Positions 1 to 8,457 of a stretch of 64,000 nucleotides of DNA are shown here, in pieces. The DNA is from a virus. Taxonomy: Duplodnaviria > Caudoviricetes. Below the pieces are notes generated by a model, which ran no database searches, was not told the DNA's origin, and worked only from the letters and a program-made list of their open reading frames with translations. Location of the stretch: the IMG/VR virus record IMGVR_UViG_3300022305_000835, positions 10,240-74,239 of that record; one strand, given 5' to 3'. The first letter of the stretch is position 1. Each line of letters begins with the position of its first letter. The position numbers and the translations under genes are program-made.

Positions 1-296
1 ATAATACTAGGATTATAGTTTTCAATTTTATTAGTAGATGCAAGTACTGTCCCAGTATGATCAGCATATCCAGCAAAATGAGGTGTTTCAATATCACTAG
101 ATATTATAGAGTGTCCGTCTGCATTTTTAACAGATATTCCATATAAAGAGTTATCCTCAGGTATACCAAAGTATTCATATTCAGGGTACTTCATATGCGA
201 AGACCATTGCTCCCATGCGAGATCTAGCGCTCTTTGATAGTCATAATCTGAAAAATAATAAATCCCACTAACTATACCAACAGCAGCCCCACTCAT
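1..296 (-). CDS. tail-tip accessory protein (partial, runs off window)
   Basis: Own translation from ATG at 296: MSGAAVGIVSGIYYFSDYD...YGISVKNADGHSIISSD. Shares a YG(I/V)x(V/I)xNxxG motif with the adjacent 293-586 ORF; downstream of a J-like tail gene. Confidence 0.6.
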   Translation of the reverse strand, partial: MSGAAVGIVSGIYYFSDYDYQRALDLAWEQWSSHMKYPEYEYFGIPEDNSLYGISVKNADGHSIISSDIETPHFAGYADHTGTVLASTNKIENYNPSI

Positions 297-586
297 CGGG
301 CTAACACCACAATAAGAATATCTACAGTATTTGTACCATCTGTACTCATTTTGTTAGTCCCTTCAAATGTAATCTTTGGCACAAGAGACTCTTCAGTAAG
401 AAGAGGTGTATTAAGAAACGTAGTGTAATAACTCTTATATTTAAAAAGACTAAGTACATTAAATGTTTTTGTAACTTTTGTATTTTTAGCCACTATAAAG
501 GATCCTACATAATTCCACGTACTCATAGCAGTAGAGTAAGTCACTTTACCTGCCTCGTTATATATTTCTACACCATACTTATCCAT
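293..586 (-). CDS. small tail-tip accessory protein
   Basis: 97 aa, N-terminal YGVEIYNEAGK motif typical of small proteins encoded after central tail fibre/J genes; abuts 586-2349. Confidence 0.6.
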   Translation of the reverse strand: MDKYGVEIYNEAGKVTYSTAMSTWNYVGSFIVAKNTKVTKTFNVLSLFKYKSYYTTFLNTPLLTEESLVPKITFEGTNKMSTDGTNTVDILIVVLAR

Positions 587-2349
587 TAGTTTAACTTCCC
601 TATTTTGACCCGAATAACCCCACCTGAGAAAATCTTAATTACCTCATTTGTTACTTCCATTCTTTCCGATGCAGTAGGATCACCTACATGGAGTTTTGCT
701 ACTGTAAGACTATGTGCGTATGTCTCACCATCTTTATGAGTAAAAGCTAAATCATCAGATGTAATAGCATTAAAAGATAACTTATCAATAAATGCTGATT
801 TGATATACGCTCCAGGAGGGGACTCTTTACCATTAATTACTTGTGCAGTAGTTCTAACAATAAAAGGTTTAGCTGCATTATCTGTATCTTCTTCCATTGC
901 TCCACCACTCGGAGCACCTATTGCAAATGTATCTGCATTAACTAAAAATGTGGAATTCGACTTCTTTTCTTCATCATCAATAGGCGTACCATCTTTAGAT
1001 AAATCAGAGAATGTATTTACTAGCCCGAAACCAGAAATCAAACCTTGTTTATCTCCACTTTGGGCATGCATTTTAACGAAGTATTGCCCTAATAATCTAT
1101 CATTTAGATCTACCTGAGTAGATAAAGCTTCTTCAATTTTCATTGATTTAGCTTCCCCATCTTTACCTTTATATTGTACTTGGGCTTTTCTTCCTATTTC
1201 TGCCAAAGGTAAGCCAGGAACCCAAATTAATTGAGGTGAGATTTCATCTATAGCATTCCACTCTGCAACACCTACAGCATCTATAATTAAAGTAGTTGCT
1301 GCCATATATGCATAAATTCTATAGTAAGCATCCTGTTCTCCAGCAGGCCATGTTGCAATCATAGATTTAATTTCCTGATGAATCTCACGATCTGTCCCAA
1401 ACCAAGTGTTCGCAATAGATTCGATTAATATATCTCCACCAGAAGTAGAAATATTCTGGTCTTTTAACTCAGCAAGATATGAGGTATTTCCTACATCCTC
1501 CCCACTTAATTCATATGCAGCAATTACCATACTATATACAGATGTTATACCATCACCATCATAGGGAATATACTCCACGGCTCCTGAAGTTGCTTGTACT
1601 CTATCCCCTGTTTCGAGATCAACAGTCCAAGGATATTGTTCAAATGCGGAATAGCCTACTTTCATCTTAGATGTATACCCAATAGCTGCAATAGCATCCT
1701 TATGGTATGCATACATCATTTCTTGTTTTAGTAGGATACTTTCATTGGCTGTTTGAAGCTGTGAATTAATCTTAATAGATACAGCAGCACTATCTTGTAC
1801 AGCCTTTGTATTGTTATTAATATACGCAGTTATATCCGTATAGTTCTTTTTCTGGGCAGCTGTAAAGGCAGCATAGTCAAAATGACTTGGGACTAGTCCA
1901 GTGATATAGGATCTAAGTGAAGATGCAATACGTGAATTATCAATATCTAATGAAATACTTTCAATAATATTTGAAATCGTATCCCTTGCAACTGCTGATG
2001 CAGGACCGATATACCCACCCACAGTTCCAGAGAAAGAAACTACTTTAATCCAGTATGAGTATGTTTTATTATCTTCAGGTCTAATAGCATCATAGAAATA
2101 TGTACCAGGTACAACTTGATATGGACGTGCTGCAACTGATGGAGTATTTGTATTATTTGCTTGCCGAAAGAGCTGCATATGCCGCACCCCTTCTGGATTT
2201 ACTAATGGATAGGTCCAAGACACCGCAATACCACCAAAAGCAGGTTCAGCTGTTATATTAAATCCACCACTTGGCTCTGAAGGAGAAGGACCCTCTATAC
2301 CACCAATACCACAAATATTTTGATCACCACATGAACTCATTTTTTCCAC
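586..2349 (-). CDS. central tail fibre / host-specificity J-like protein (FN3-like N-terminus, DUF1983-like C-terminus)
   Basis: FNITAEPAFGGIAVSW (FN3-like), GLISGFGL...STFLVNADTFAI, YIKSAFIDK, RVKIGKL C-terminus as in lambda J-type proteins; true start may be ATG 2340. Confidence 0.7.
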   Translation of the reverse strand: MEKMSSCGDQNICGIGGIEGPSPSEPSGGFNITAEPAFGGIAVSWTYPLVNPEGVRHMQLFRQANNTNTPSVAARPYQVVPGTYFYDAIRPEDNKTYSYWIKVVSFSGTVGGYIGPASAVARDTISNIIESISLDIDNSRIASSLRSYITGLVPSHFDYAAFTAAQKKNYTDITAYINNNTKAVQDSAAVSIKINSQLQTANESILLKQEMMYAYHKDAIAAIGYTSKMKVGYSAFEQYPWTVDLETGDRVQATSGAVEYIPYDGDGITSVYSMVIAAYELSGEDVGNTSYLAELKDQNISTSGGDILIESIANTWFGTDREIHQEIKSMIATWPAGEQDAYYRIYAYMAATTLIIDAVGVAEWNAIDEISPQLIWVPGLPLAEIGRKAQVQYKGKDGEAKSMKIEEALSTQVDLNDRLLGQYFVKMHAQSGDKQGLISGFGLVNTFSDLSKDGTPIDDEEKKSNSTFLVNADTFAIGAPSGGAMEEDTDNAAKPFIVRTTAQVINGKESPPGAYIKSAFIDKLSFNAITSDDLAFTHKDGETYAHSLTVAKLHVGDPTASERMEVTNEVIKIFSGGVIRVKIGKLN

Positions 2350-2365
2350 CCTAATAGGACTTATT

Positions 2366-3358
2366 ATGTCTGTAAAATTTGTAAATACCAGCCAAGTACC
2401 CTTGGCTTTAGCTGTTTTTTTAGCTTCTGATTCTTATGATAAATCAGAAGAAGAACACACTATTAGTGCTACTACTCTATTAAAACCTATCCGCCAGATT
2501 ATTTTGCCGTTAAGAATACCACAAGGTGCAGGATTACCCAATCTTGGAGATATGATGGCATCCAAAATAGGTACAGCAGTACATGATGCCATTGAGCATG
2601 CTTGGTTAAGTAATCCCCAAGCTGCCTTAGAAGCAATAGGCTACCCTCAACATGTGATTGATCGTATTATTATCAATCCTTCTGATGAGATAGATCTGAC
2701 TGATAAATTTCCCATCTACTTAGAGCAACGTGTAGGTCGTAAAGTAGGTAAGTGGACTGTTTCAGGTAAATATGACTTTATTAGTGAAGGTAGAGTTCAA
2801 GATTTTAAGACTACCGGTACCTATACCTACATGAAGCAAACAAATACTCAAAAGTATATTGAACAGGGAAGTATTTATCGTTGGTTAAATGAGTCTATTA
2901 TTACAGACTCAGTTTTGGATATTCATTTCATATTTACTAACTGGACAGCAGCCCAAGCTAAATATGATCCCAAATACCCCTCAAATCGTTTCCTGACGCA
3001 ATCTTTTGACTTAATGGATGTGTCTGCTACCCAACAGATGATATCGCACAAGCTCGCTCAAATTGAGCAGTTTATAGATGCTGACGAAGATACCATACCT
3101 GAATGTACTGATGCTGATTTATGGCGAAGTGACCCGAAGTATAAATACTACAAGAATGGCGATATTAACTCAAAACGGAGTACTAAGAACTTTGACACCA
3201 TGCAGGAAGCAGTCATCTATCAATCCACCTCCGGTGGTTCTGGTGGGGCTATTAAAGAGGTTCCTGGCAGTGTCATGGCATGTAAGTATTGTGCTGCTTT
3301 TGCAATCTGCTCTCAGAAGGACAGAATGCTCGCTAGTGGCGATTTAACCCTAGATTGA
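2366..3358 (+). CDS. PD-(D/E)xK (Cas4-like) exonuclease, N4 gp42-like
   Basis: ISATTLLKP, GTAVHDAIE, GKYDF...QDFKTT nuclease motifs, C-terminal CKYCAAFAIC; sits upstream of the primase as in N4. Confidence 0.8.
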   Translation: MSVKFVNTSQVPLALAVFLASDSYDKSEEEHTISATTLLKPIRQIILPLRIPQGAGLPNLGDMMASKIGTAVHDAIEHAWLSNPQAALEAIGYPQHVIDRIIINPSDEIDLTDKFPIYLEQRVGRKVGKWTVSGKYDFISEGRVQDFKTTGTYTYMKQTNTQKYIEQGSIYRWLNESIITDSVLDIHFIFTNWTAAQAKYDPKYPSNRFLTQSFDLMDVSATQQMISHKLAQIEQFIDADEDTIPECTDADLWRSDPKYKYYKNGDINSKRSTKNFDTMQEAVIYQSTSGGSGGAIKEVPGSVMACKYCAAFAICSQKDRMLASGDLTLD

Positions 3359-3377
3359 TACCAACACCTAACTTTGC

Positions 3378-3450
3378 TATTCCCGTGTTAAGCCGCAAGG
3401 AAAATGCAAGCGCAGCGAAGCATTTTCTGTAGGGGCTGGTCACGGGAATA
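3378..3450. repeat. long imperfect inverted repeat, hairpin H1
   Basis: TATTCCCGTG 3378-3387 / CACGGGAATA 3441-3450; inner GAAAATGC 3400-3407 / GCATTTTC 3420-3427. Confidence 0.9.
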
Positions 3451-3465
3451 TATTAAATGTAAATA

Positions 3466-3537
3466 AAACCTTGAATGCGTTCCCCTACGAAAATTGCTCG
3501 CAAGCTCACAATTTTCTTGCGGTCGCATTCAAGGTTT
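3466..3537. repeat. long imperfect inverted repeat, hairpin H2
   Basis: AAACCTTGAATGCG 3466-3479 / CGCATTCAAGGTTT 3524-3537; inner GAAAATTG 3489-3496 / CAATTTTC 3509-3516. Confidence 0.9.
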
Positions 3538-3540
3538 ATT

Positions 3541-3780
3541 AATAAAAAGAGTATATTATTATATATAGGGAATTTTTGAAAAAACTCTATATATATCAAT
3601 AACTTAGCATTTAAAAAAGTACCTATTTTAGGTACAAATTGGGGGGTATATTCCTGTGTTTGGGTATTTTTGAGGCTAAAAAACCTGAGTTTGGGTACTA
3701 ATCGTATTTTTAAAATAATGCTTGATTGTATAAAATTTTAGTATTAATATACATTTTCTTTCACTTTATTGGTATAAATT
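3541..3780. promoter_or_regulatory. AT-rich tract with palindromes and short direct repeats; possible sigma70 promoter
   Basis: TATATATAG 3560-3568 / CTATATATA 3587-3595; GTACCTA-TTT-TAGGTAC 3619-3635; GTTTGGGTA at 3658 and 3689; TTGATT(3722)-17-TAATAT(3745). Confidence 0.55.
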
Positions 3781-4275
3781 ATGTTAAAACATAAAACAAT
3801 CATTTTTCATCTCCGTAGAAAATCCATGAGCAACGTTTACATCTCAGCTAGTGAAATGGATGATTTAATTCAATCATTAACTAGCACTGAATTAAGACTG
3901 TATTCTACTGTTTTTAACTCTATTCTCCAAAATCCCACAATTAATTATTTTTCAGATCAATCATTAGCAGCTGTACTAACTCAAGCAGTTAGTTCAATTA
4001 AAAATGCTAAGTCAGGATTAAAACAAAAAGGGTATCTCTTACTAGTTAAATTTAGAGATGAGCGCAATTTTCCATGTCTAAGAGTTATTATTGGTAGAGA
4101 TCAAGTTGCATTATACAACATGGGAATCACAGCTGAAGTTACTAACCCAAAGGCTTTTAACAAGTTAATGTCTCAATTTAAATTAAATGATCCATCATTA
4201 TCTCATGAGGAGAAGACTCAAAAAGTTACTGAATTTAATGAGTATTACAAAGAACACCGTGCTGAATTTGAATAA
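3781..4275 (+). CDS. winged helix-turn-helix DNA-binding protein (candidate replication initiator or regulator)
   Basis: LTSTELRLYSTV...SDQSLAAVLTQAVSSIKNAKSGLKQKGYL pattern of wHTH domains; alternative start ATG 3826. Confidence 0.55.
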   Translation: MLKHKTIIFHLRRKSMSNVYISASEMDDLIQSLTSTELRLYSTVFNSILQNPTINYFSDQSLAAVLTQAVSSIKNAKSGLKQKGYLLLVKFRDERNFPCLRVIIGRDQVALYNMGITAEVTNPKAFNKLMSQFKLNDPSLSHEEKTQKVTEFNEYYKEHRAEFE

Positions 4276-4283
4276 GGAGCAAT

Positions 4284-6422
4284 ATGAAACCAGTAGAAGA
4301 AATGGAATATCACCAAACTAGTGAACAACTGGTTGGTATTCTTAGAGACCACACACAACGAGAAGACTCGTTATTTTTTCGCCTATTAGTTGGGTATTAT
4401 TTCTCTCTAGCAGCCTCACAGATGCGCTGTTCGATTAATTCCCCAGACAGAGGTGCTGTTCCCATTAATATGTTCGCGTTGAATCTAGCCCCTTCAGGCT
4501 ATGGTAAAACGATGGGTACAAACCTAATGGAGGAGCAAGTATTACATTTATTTCGTGAACAGTTCCTAGAAGATACATTTCCACTACTAGCAGAAGCCAA
4601 CCTTCCAAAATTAGCCATTAAACGGGCTTCTAAGCTCGGTACAGATCCAGATGAAGAACTTATTAGGGTACAGAAAGAATTCGCCTCACTGGGTACTGTA
4701 GCATTCTCATTTGATTCTGGAACAGCTCCTGCAGTTAAGCAGATGCGTCATATGTTATTGATGGCTAATGCTGGGTCGATGAATCTGATTATGGATGAAA
4801 TAGGGGCAAATTTAACTGCTAATTTAGAGGTATTTGACTCATTCATTGAGCTATATGATAAAGGGCTAATTAAACAAAAACTGATCAAGAATACAAAAGA
4901 CAGTATCCGTAGTGAGGAGATCATCGGTCAAACACCTACAAACTTATTAATGTTTGGTGTTCCCAATCGTTTACTAGACGGAGCTAGAACAGAGCAGGCT
5001 TTAATTACATTACTGGATCAAGGCTATGCTAGAAGATGCTTCTTTGGCTATGTTAAGTCCGCTAATCGTACGAAAGGACGTACTGCTGAACAAATGTATA
5101 TAGATAGAACCAGCACTGGTAATAATGACTTTATTGATTTGCTATCCTTACGGTTAGCTAAACTAGCTCATGCTAATAATGCCAACAGAACTCTTACTAT
5201 TAGTCGAGATACCTGTATTTTGCTTAATGAGTATCAGCTGTACTGTGAAGACTTATCTGAGAAGTTACCAGAACACCAAGAGATACAAAAACGGGAGATG
5301 TCTGAGCGTAATTTTAAAGTATTAAAGTTAGCAGGTGCATACGCCTTTATTGATAACTCTCCATGTATTACTGATGATCATATTTATAATGCTATTAAAG
5401 TTGCAGAAGAATCAGGAGAGGCATTAGTACAGATACTATCTCGTGATAAAGCTTGGGTAAAATTGGCTAAGTATATTACCTCTGTTAATGCTGATGTAAC
5501 TCAAGCAGATTTAGCTGAGGATCTTCCATTTTATAAAGGATCAGTAGCATATAAGAATGAGTTAATTTCACTAGCCATTGCATATGGGTATAAAAATAAC
5601 ATCATAATTAAAAAAACATTCTCAGATGGGATTGAATTTTTTAATGGTGAAACCTTAGAAGAAACAGACTTAACACAGTTAATCCTGTCGTACAGTTCCG
5701 ATATTGTTTCTGACTATGCTAATGAGACTGCTCCATTTGAAAAGCTTCATAAGTTATTTCAGTTACCTGACATGCACTGGGTATCTCACCACTTAATTGG
5801 AGGGTATCGTAATGAAGAGAATGCTATGCCTGGTTTTAATATGATCGTTATTGATGTTGATGGTGATGTGCACCTAAGTACTGTTCAGTTACTTCTTAAG
5901 AAGTACACTTACTTAATCTATACAACTAAACGACATACTGAGATTGATAATAGATTTAGAATTGTAATGCCTATTAACTATAAACTTTGTCTTGATGCTA
6001 AGGACTTCAAAGAGTTTATGTCTAATATATTTCAGTGGCTCCCATTTGAAGTAGACACAGCTACTAATCAGAGAGCTCGTAAGTGGTTAACTAATTCAGG
6101 TGAGCATTATTACAATCATGGTGAATTATTGGATGTATTATCTTTCATCCCTAAAACTAGTAAGAATGAAGAAAGGAAGATATTACTTAATTCTCAACAG
6201 GCTTTAGATAATTTAGAAAGATGGGTAATTAATAATATTGGTGATGGTAATAGAAACAACATGCTTCTACGCTATGCCATGATCTTGATTGATGCTGGTT
6301 TTTCTTTTGATAATATTCGCGCTAAGGTAATGGAATTGAATAATAAGATTCCAGATAAATTAGATGAGATGGAGTTGATCAATACCATCTTTGTAACAGT
6401 AAGCAAAGCCTTGAGTAAGTAA
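4284..6422 (+). CDS. DNA primase, N4 gp43-like
   Basis: 712 aa; LAPSGYGKT, DEIG, IVIDVDG, YTTKRH...RFRIVMP, C-terminal GNRNNMLLRYA (PriCT-like); synteny. Confidence 0.85.
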   Translation: MKPVEEMEYHQTSEQLVGILRDHTQREDSLFFRLLVGYYFSLAASQMRCSINSPDRGAVPINMFALNLAPSGYGKTMGTNLMEEQVLHLFREQFLEDTFPLLAEANLPKLAIKRASKLGTDPDEELIRVQKEFASLGTVAFSFDSGTAPAVKQMRHMLLMANAGSMNLIMDEIGANLTANLEVFDSFIELYDKGLIKQKLIKNTKDSIRSEEIIGQTPTNLLMFGVPNRLLDGARTEQALITLLDQGYARRCFFGYVKSANRTKGRTAEQMYIDRTSTGNNDFIDLLSLRLAKLAHANNANRTLTISRDTCILLNEYQLYCEDLSEKLPEHQEIQKREMSERNFKVLKLAGAYAFIDNSPCITDDHIYNAIKVAEESGEALVQILSRDKAWVKLAKYITSVNADVTQADLAEDLPFYKGSVAYKNELISLAIAYGYKNNIIIKKTFSDGIEFFNGETLEETDLTQLILSYSSDIVSDYANETAPFEKLHKLFQLPDMHWVSHHLIGGYRNEENAMPGFNMIVIDVDGDVHLSTVQLLLKKYTYLIYTTKRHTEIDNRFRIVMPINYKLCLDAKDFKEFMSNIFQWLPFEVDTATNQRARKWLTNSGEHYYNHGELLDVLSFIPKTSKNEERKILLNSQQALDNLERWVINNIGDGNRNNMLLRYAMILIDAGFSFDNIRAKVMELNNKIPDKLDEMELINTIFVTVSKALSK

Positions 6423-6423
6423 C

Positions 6424-6612
6424 ATGGCTAATACTAGGGTGTTTTTAAAAAATATTTATACTGAACAGACATTTTGTTTAGGTAAGTATTATGCCTCTCA
6501 GGGATGGTATTTAAATCCTCATTTAGATTTAGATACTTTAGATGAGTTTATGAATGAACCAGGGGATCATTCCATTAATGGGGATTGTCCTTGGATTATT
6601 GAATACGATTAG
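6424..6612 (+). CDS. hypothetical protein
   Basis: 62-aa ORF abutting the primase stop. Confidence 0.6.
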   Translation: MANTRVFLKNIYTEQTFCLGKYYASQGWYLNPHLDLDTLDEFMNEPGDHSINGDCPWIIEYD

Positions 6613-6627
6613 GAACCCTCCGGGTTC
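6613..6627 (+). promoter_or_regulatory. N4 vRNAP-type hairpin promoter candidate
   Basis: GAACCC-TCC-GGGTTC then TTTT; template strand reads C-GGA-G loop like N4 promoter P2. Confidence 0.6.
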
Positions 6628-6643
6628 TTTTACGGTTTTTATA

Positions 6644-6669
6644 TCACCTCGAGTTAGGTGACTTTTTTT
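6644..6669 (+). terminator. intrinsic terminator
   Basis: TCACCT / AGGTGA stem followed by CTTTTTTT. Confidence 0.6.
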
Positions 6670-6683
6670 ATATAAGGAGAAAT

Positions 6684-7412
6684 ATGAGCAACACAATCAA
6701 TGATCAACTTGTATTGCTATGTGGTAAGTCAGCTACAGGTAAGTCAGCATCTTTAATGGGCATATCAAAGCCTGAAGGTGTTATGTATGCAAATTGTGAA
6801 AGTGGGAAACGTCTCCCTTTTAATTCTAAATTTAAAGAGTTTACGATTACAGATCCTCTACAAATTTATGAATTATTTGACCATGCTGAGACACTTCCTG
6901 ATGTACATACCATTGTTATAGACAGTCTGACATATCTCCTTGATATGTATGAATCTGTATACGTCCTTAATGCTGTTAATGGGATGAAGGCATGGGGAGA
7001 TTTTGCCCAGTACTTCAAAGTATTAATGCAGCGGTATGTAGCTATATCTACAAAAAGTGTTATTTTTACCGCCCATACATCAGACTCACTTAATGAAAGT
7101 GAGATGCTAATGGAAACCAAAGTTCCTGTTAAGGGTAGCCTTAAGAACAATGGTATTGAAAGCTACTTCAGCGTTGTAATTGCATCTAAAAAAGTAAACT
7201 TGAAAGGTCTTAAAGACTATGAATCCAAGTTACTTAATATTACGCCTGAAGAAGAAAGTCTTGGTTTGAAGTATGTATTCCAAACCAGATTAACCAAGGA
7301 AACTGTTAATGAGCGATTACGTAGTCCTCTTGGACTATTTAGTGTTCCTGAAACATTTACCGACAACAACATGCAACTGATCCTAGATAGATTAGCTGCT
7401 TACTATTCTTAA
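6684..7412 (+). CDS. AAA (Sak4-like) ATPase, N4 gp44-like
   Basis: Walker A GKSATGKS, IVIDSLT, VIFTAH, RLRSPLGLF. Confidence 0.85.
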   Translation: MSNTINDQLVLLCGKSATGKSASLMGISKPEGVMYANCESGKRLPFNSKFKEFTITDPLQIYELFDHAETLPDVHTIVIDSLTYLLDMYESVYVLNAVNGMKAWGDFAQYFKVLMQRYVAISTKSVIFTAHTSDSLNESEMLMETKVPVKGSLKNNGIESYFSVVIASKKVNLKGLKDYESKLLNITPEEESLGLKYVFQTRLTKETVNERLRSPLGLFSVPETFTDNNMQLILDRLAAYYS

Positions 7413-7440
7413 TTTTCACAACAACAAAGAGAAAAACAAC

Positions 7441-8160
7441 ATGTCATTATTAGCAAATTTAACTACCGACGATTCAATTGAAGATGAAAGAGATTCCGTT
7501 GGTGGTGGTGGTGTATTAGAGTCGGGTATTTATAATGCAACTGTAACTCTTGCATATTTATCTACAGCAGCATCTGGTGCTACAGGCTTAGTTCTTCAAT
7601 TTAAAACTGAAGATGCTAGAGTCATCCGGAGTACTCAGTGGGTTGTATCTGGTACAGCTAAAGGATGTAAAAACTATTATGAACGTGATGGCAAGAAGAA
7701 TTACTTACCTGGCTTCTTAATTGCTAATTCATTGGCTAAACTTACAACAGGTAAAGAGATTTCTGAATTAGATACAGATGAGAAAGTCATTAATGTATAT
7801 AACCCAGAAGCAAAAGCTGAAGTACCTACGAAAGTTCCAATGATTACTGAATTATTAGGTAAAGAAATTACCATTGGTTTGATTAAACAAATCTCAGATA
7901 AAAATGCTAAAGGTGATGATGGTCAATACCACCCAACTGGTGAAACCAGAGAAGAAAATGAAATTGATAAGTTCTTTAATGCTGATTCTAAATTAACCAC
8001 CACTGAAATTAAAGCAGGTGTTTCAGTTCCGACATTCATCACTACATGGGATCAAAAATGGTCTGGTGTTACTCGTGATCGTAGTACAAAAACAGACGGT
8101 ACCGCTGGCGCTCCTAAAGGTGCAGTATCTAAAAAACCTGCATCTAGTTTATTTTCTTAA
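7441..8160 (+). CDS. single-stranded DNA-binding protein, N4 gp45-like
   Basis: YYERDGKKNYLPGF, NEIDKFF, C-terminal SSLFS; synteny. Confidence 0.85.
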   Translation: MSLLANLTTDDSIEDERDSVGGGGVLESGIYNATVTLAYLSTAASGATGLVLQFKTEDARVIRSTQWVVSGTAKGCKNYYERDGKKNYLPGFLIANSLAKLTTGKEISELDTDEKVINVYNPEAKAEVPTKVPMITELLGKEITIGLIKQISDKNAKGDDGQYHPTGETREENEIDKFFNADSKLTTTEIKAGVSVPTFITTWDQKWSGVTRDRSTKTDGTAGAPKGAVSKKPASSLFS

Positions 8161-8169
8161 GGATTAGAC

Positions 8170-8457
8170 ATGTCAGATATTGAAGAAAAGGTTGTTGATA
8201 CAGAACCATCTAACTCAGTTGCAATTGAATCTGTTGATCTGATGTATAGATTATTTCATCAGTGGCATGAAGAGAAGTGTGGTGTATTAAATCATATCCT
8301 TAGCATCCCTGAAGGTACTGTTATTGAAGACTCAGCTGGTATTTCGCATGAACTGACTAACGAATACTTAGCTGGCTTTAAATCCGGTGTAGAGGTGGCA
8401 TTAATTGAATTTAAAAATATGCCCTTTATTAACACACCTAGTGTCGAGCCTGCTTAA
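8170..8457 (+). CDS. hypothetical protein
   Basis: 95-aa ORF in operon between SSB and resolvase. Confidence 0.65.
   Translation: MSDIEEKVVDTEPSNSVAIESVDLMYRLFHQWHEEKCGVLNHILSIPEGTVIEDSAGISHELTNEYLAGFKSGVEVALIEFKNMPFINTPSVEPA

Noticed and set aside
2366-3358. Cas4-like nuclease as part of a CRISPR system
   Set aside because: Standard N4 gp42-like core gene in conserved synteny; no array or other cas genes
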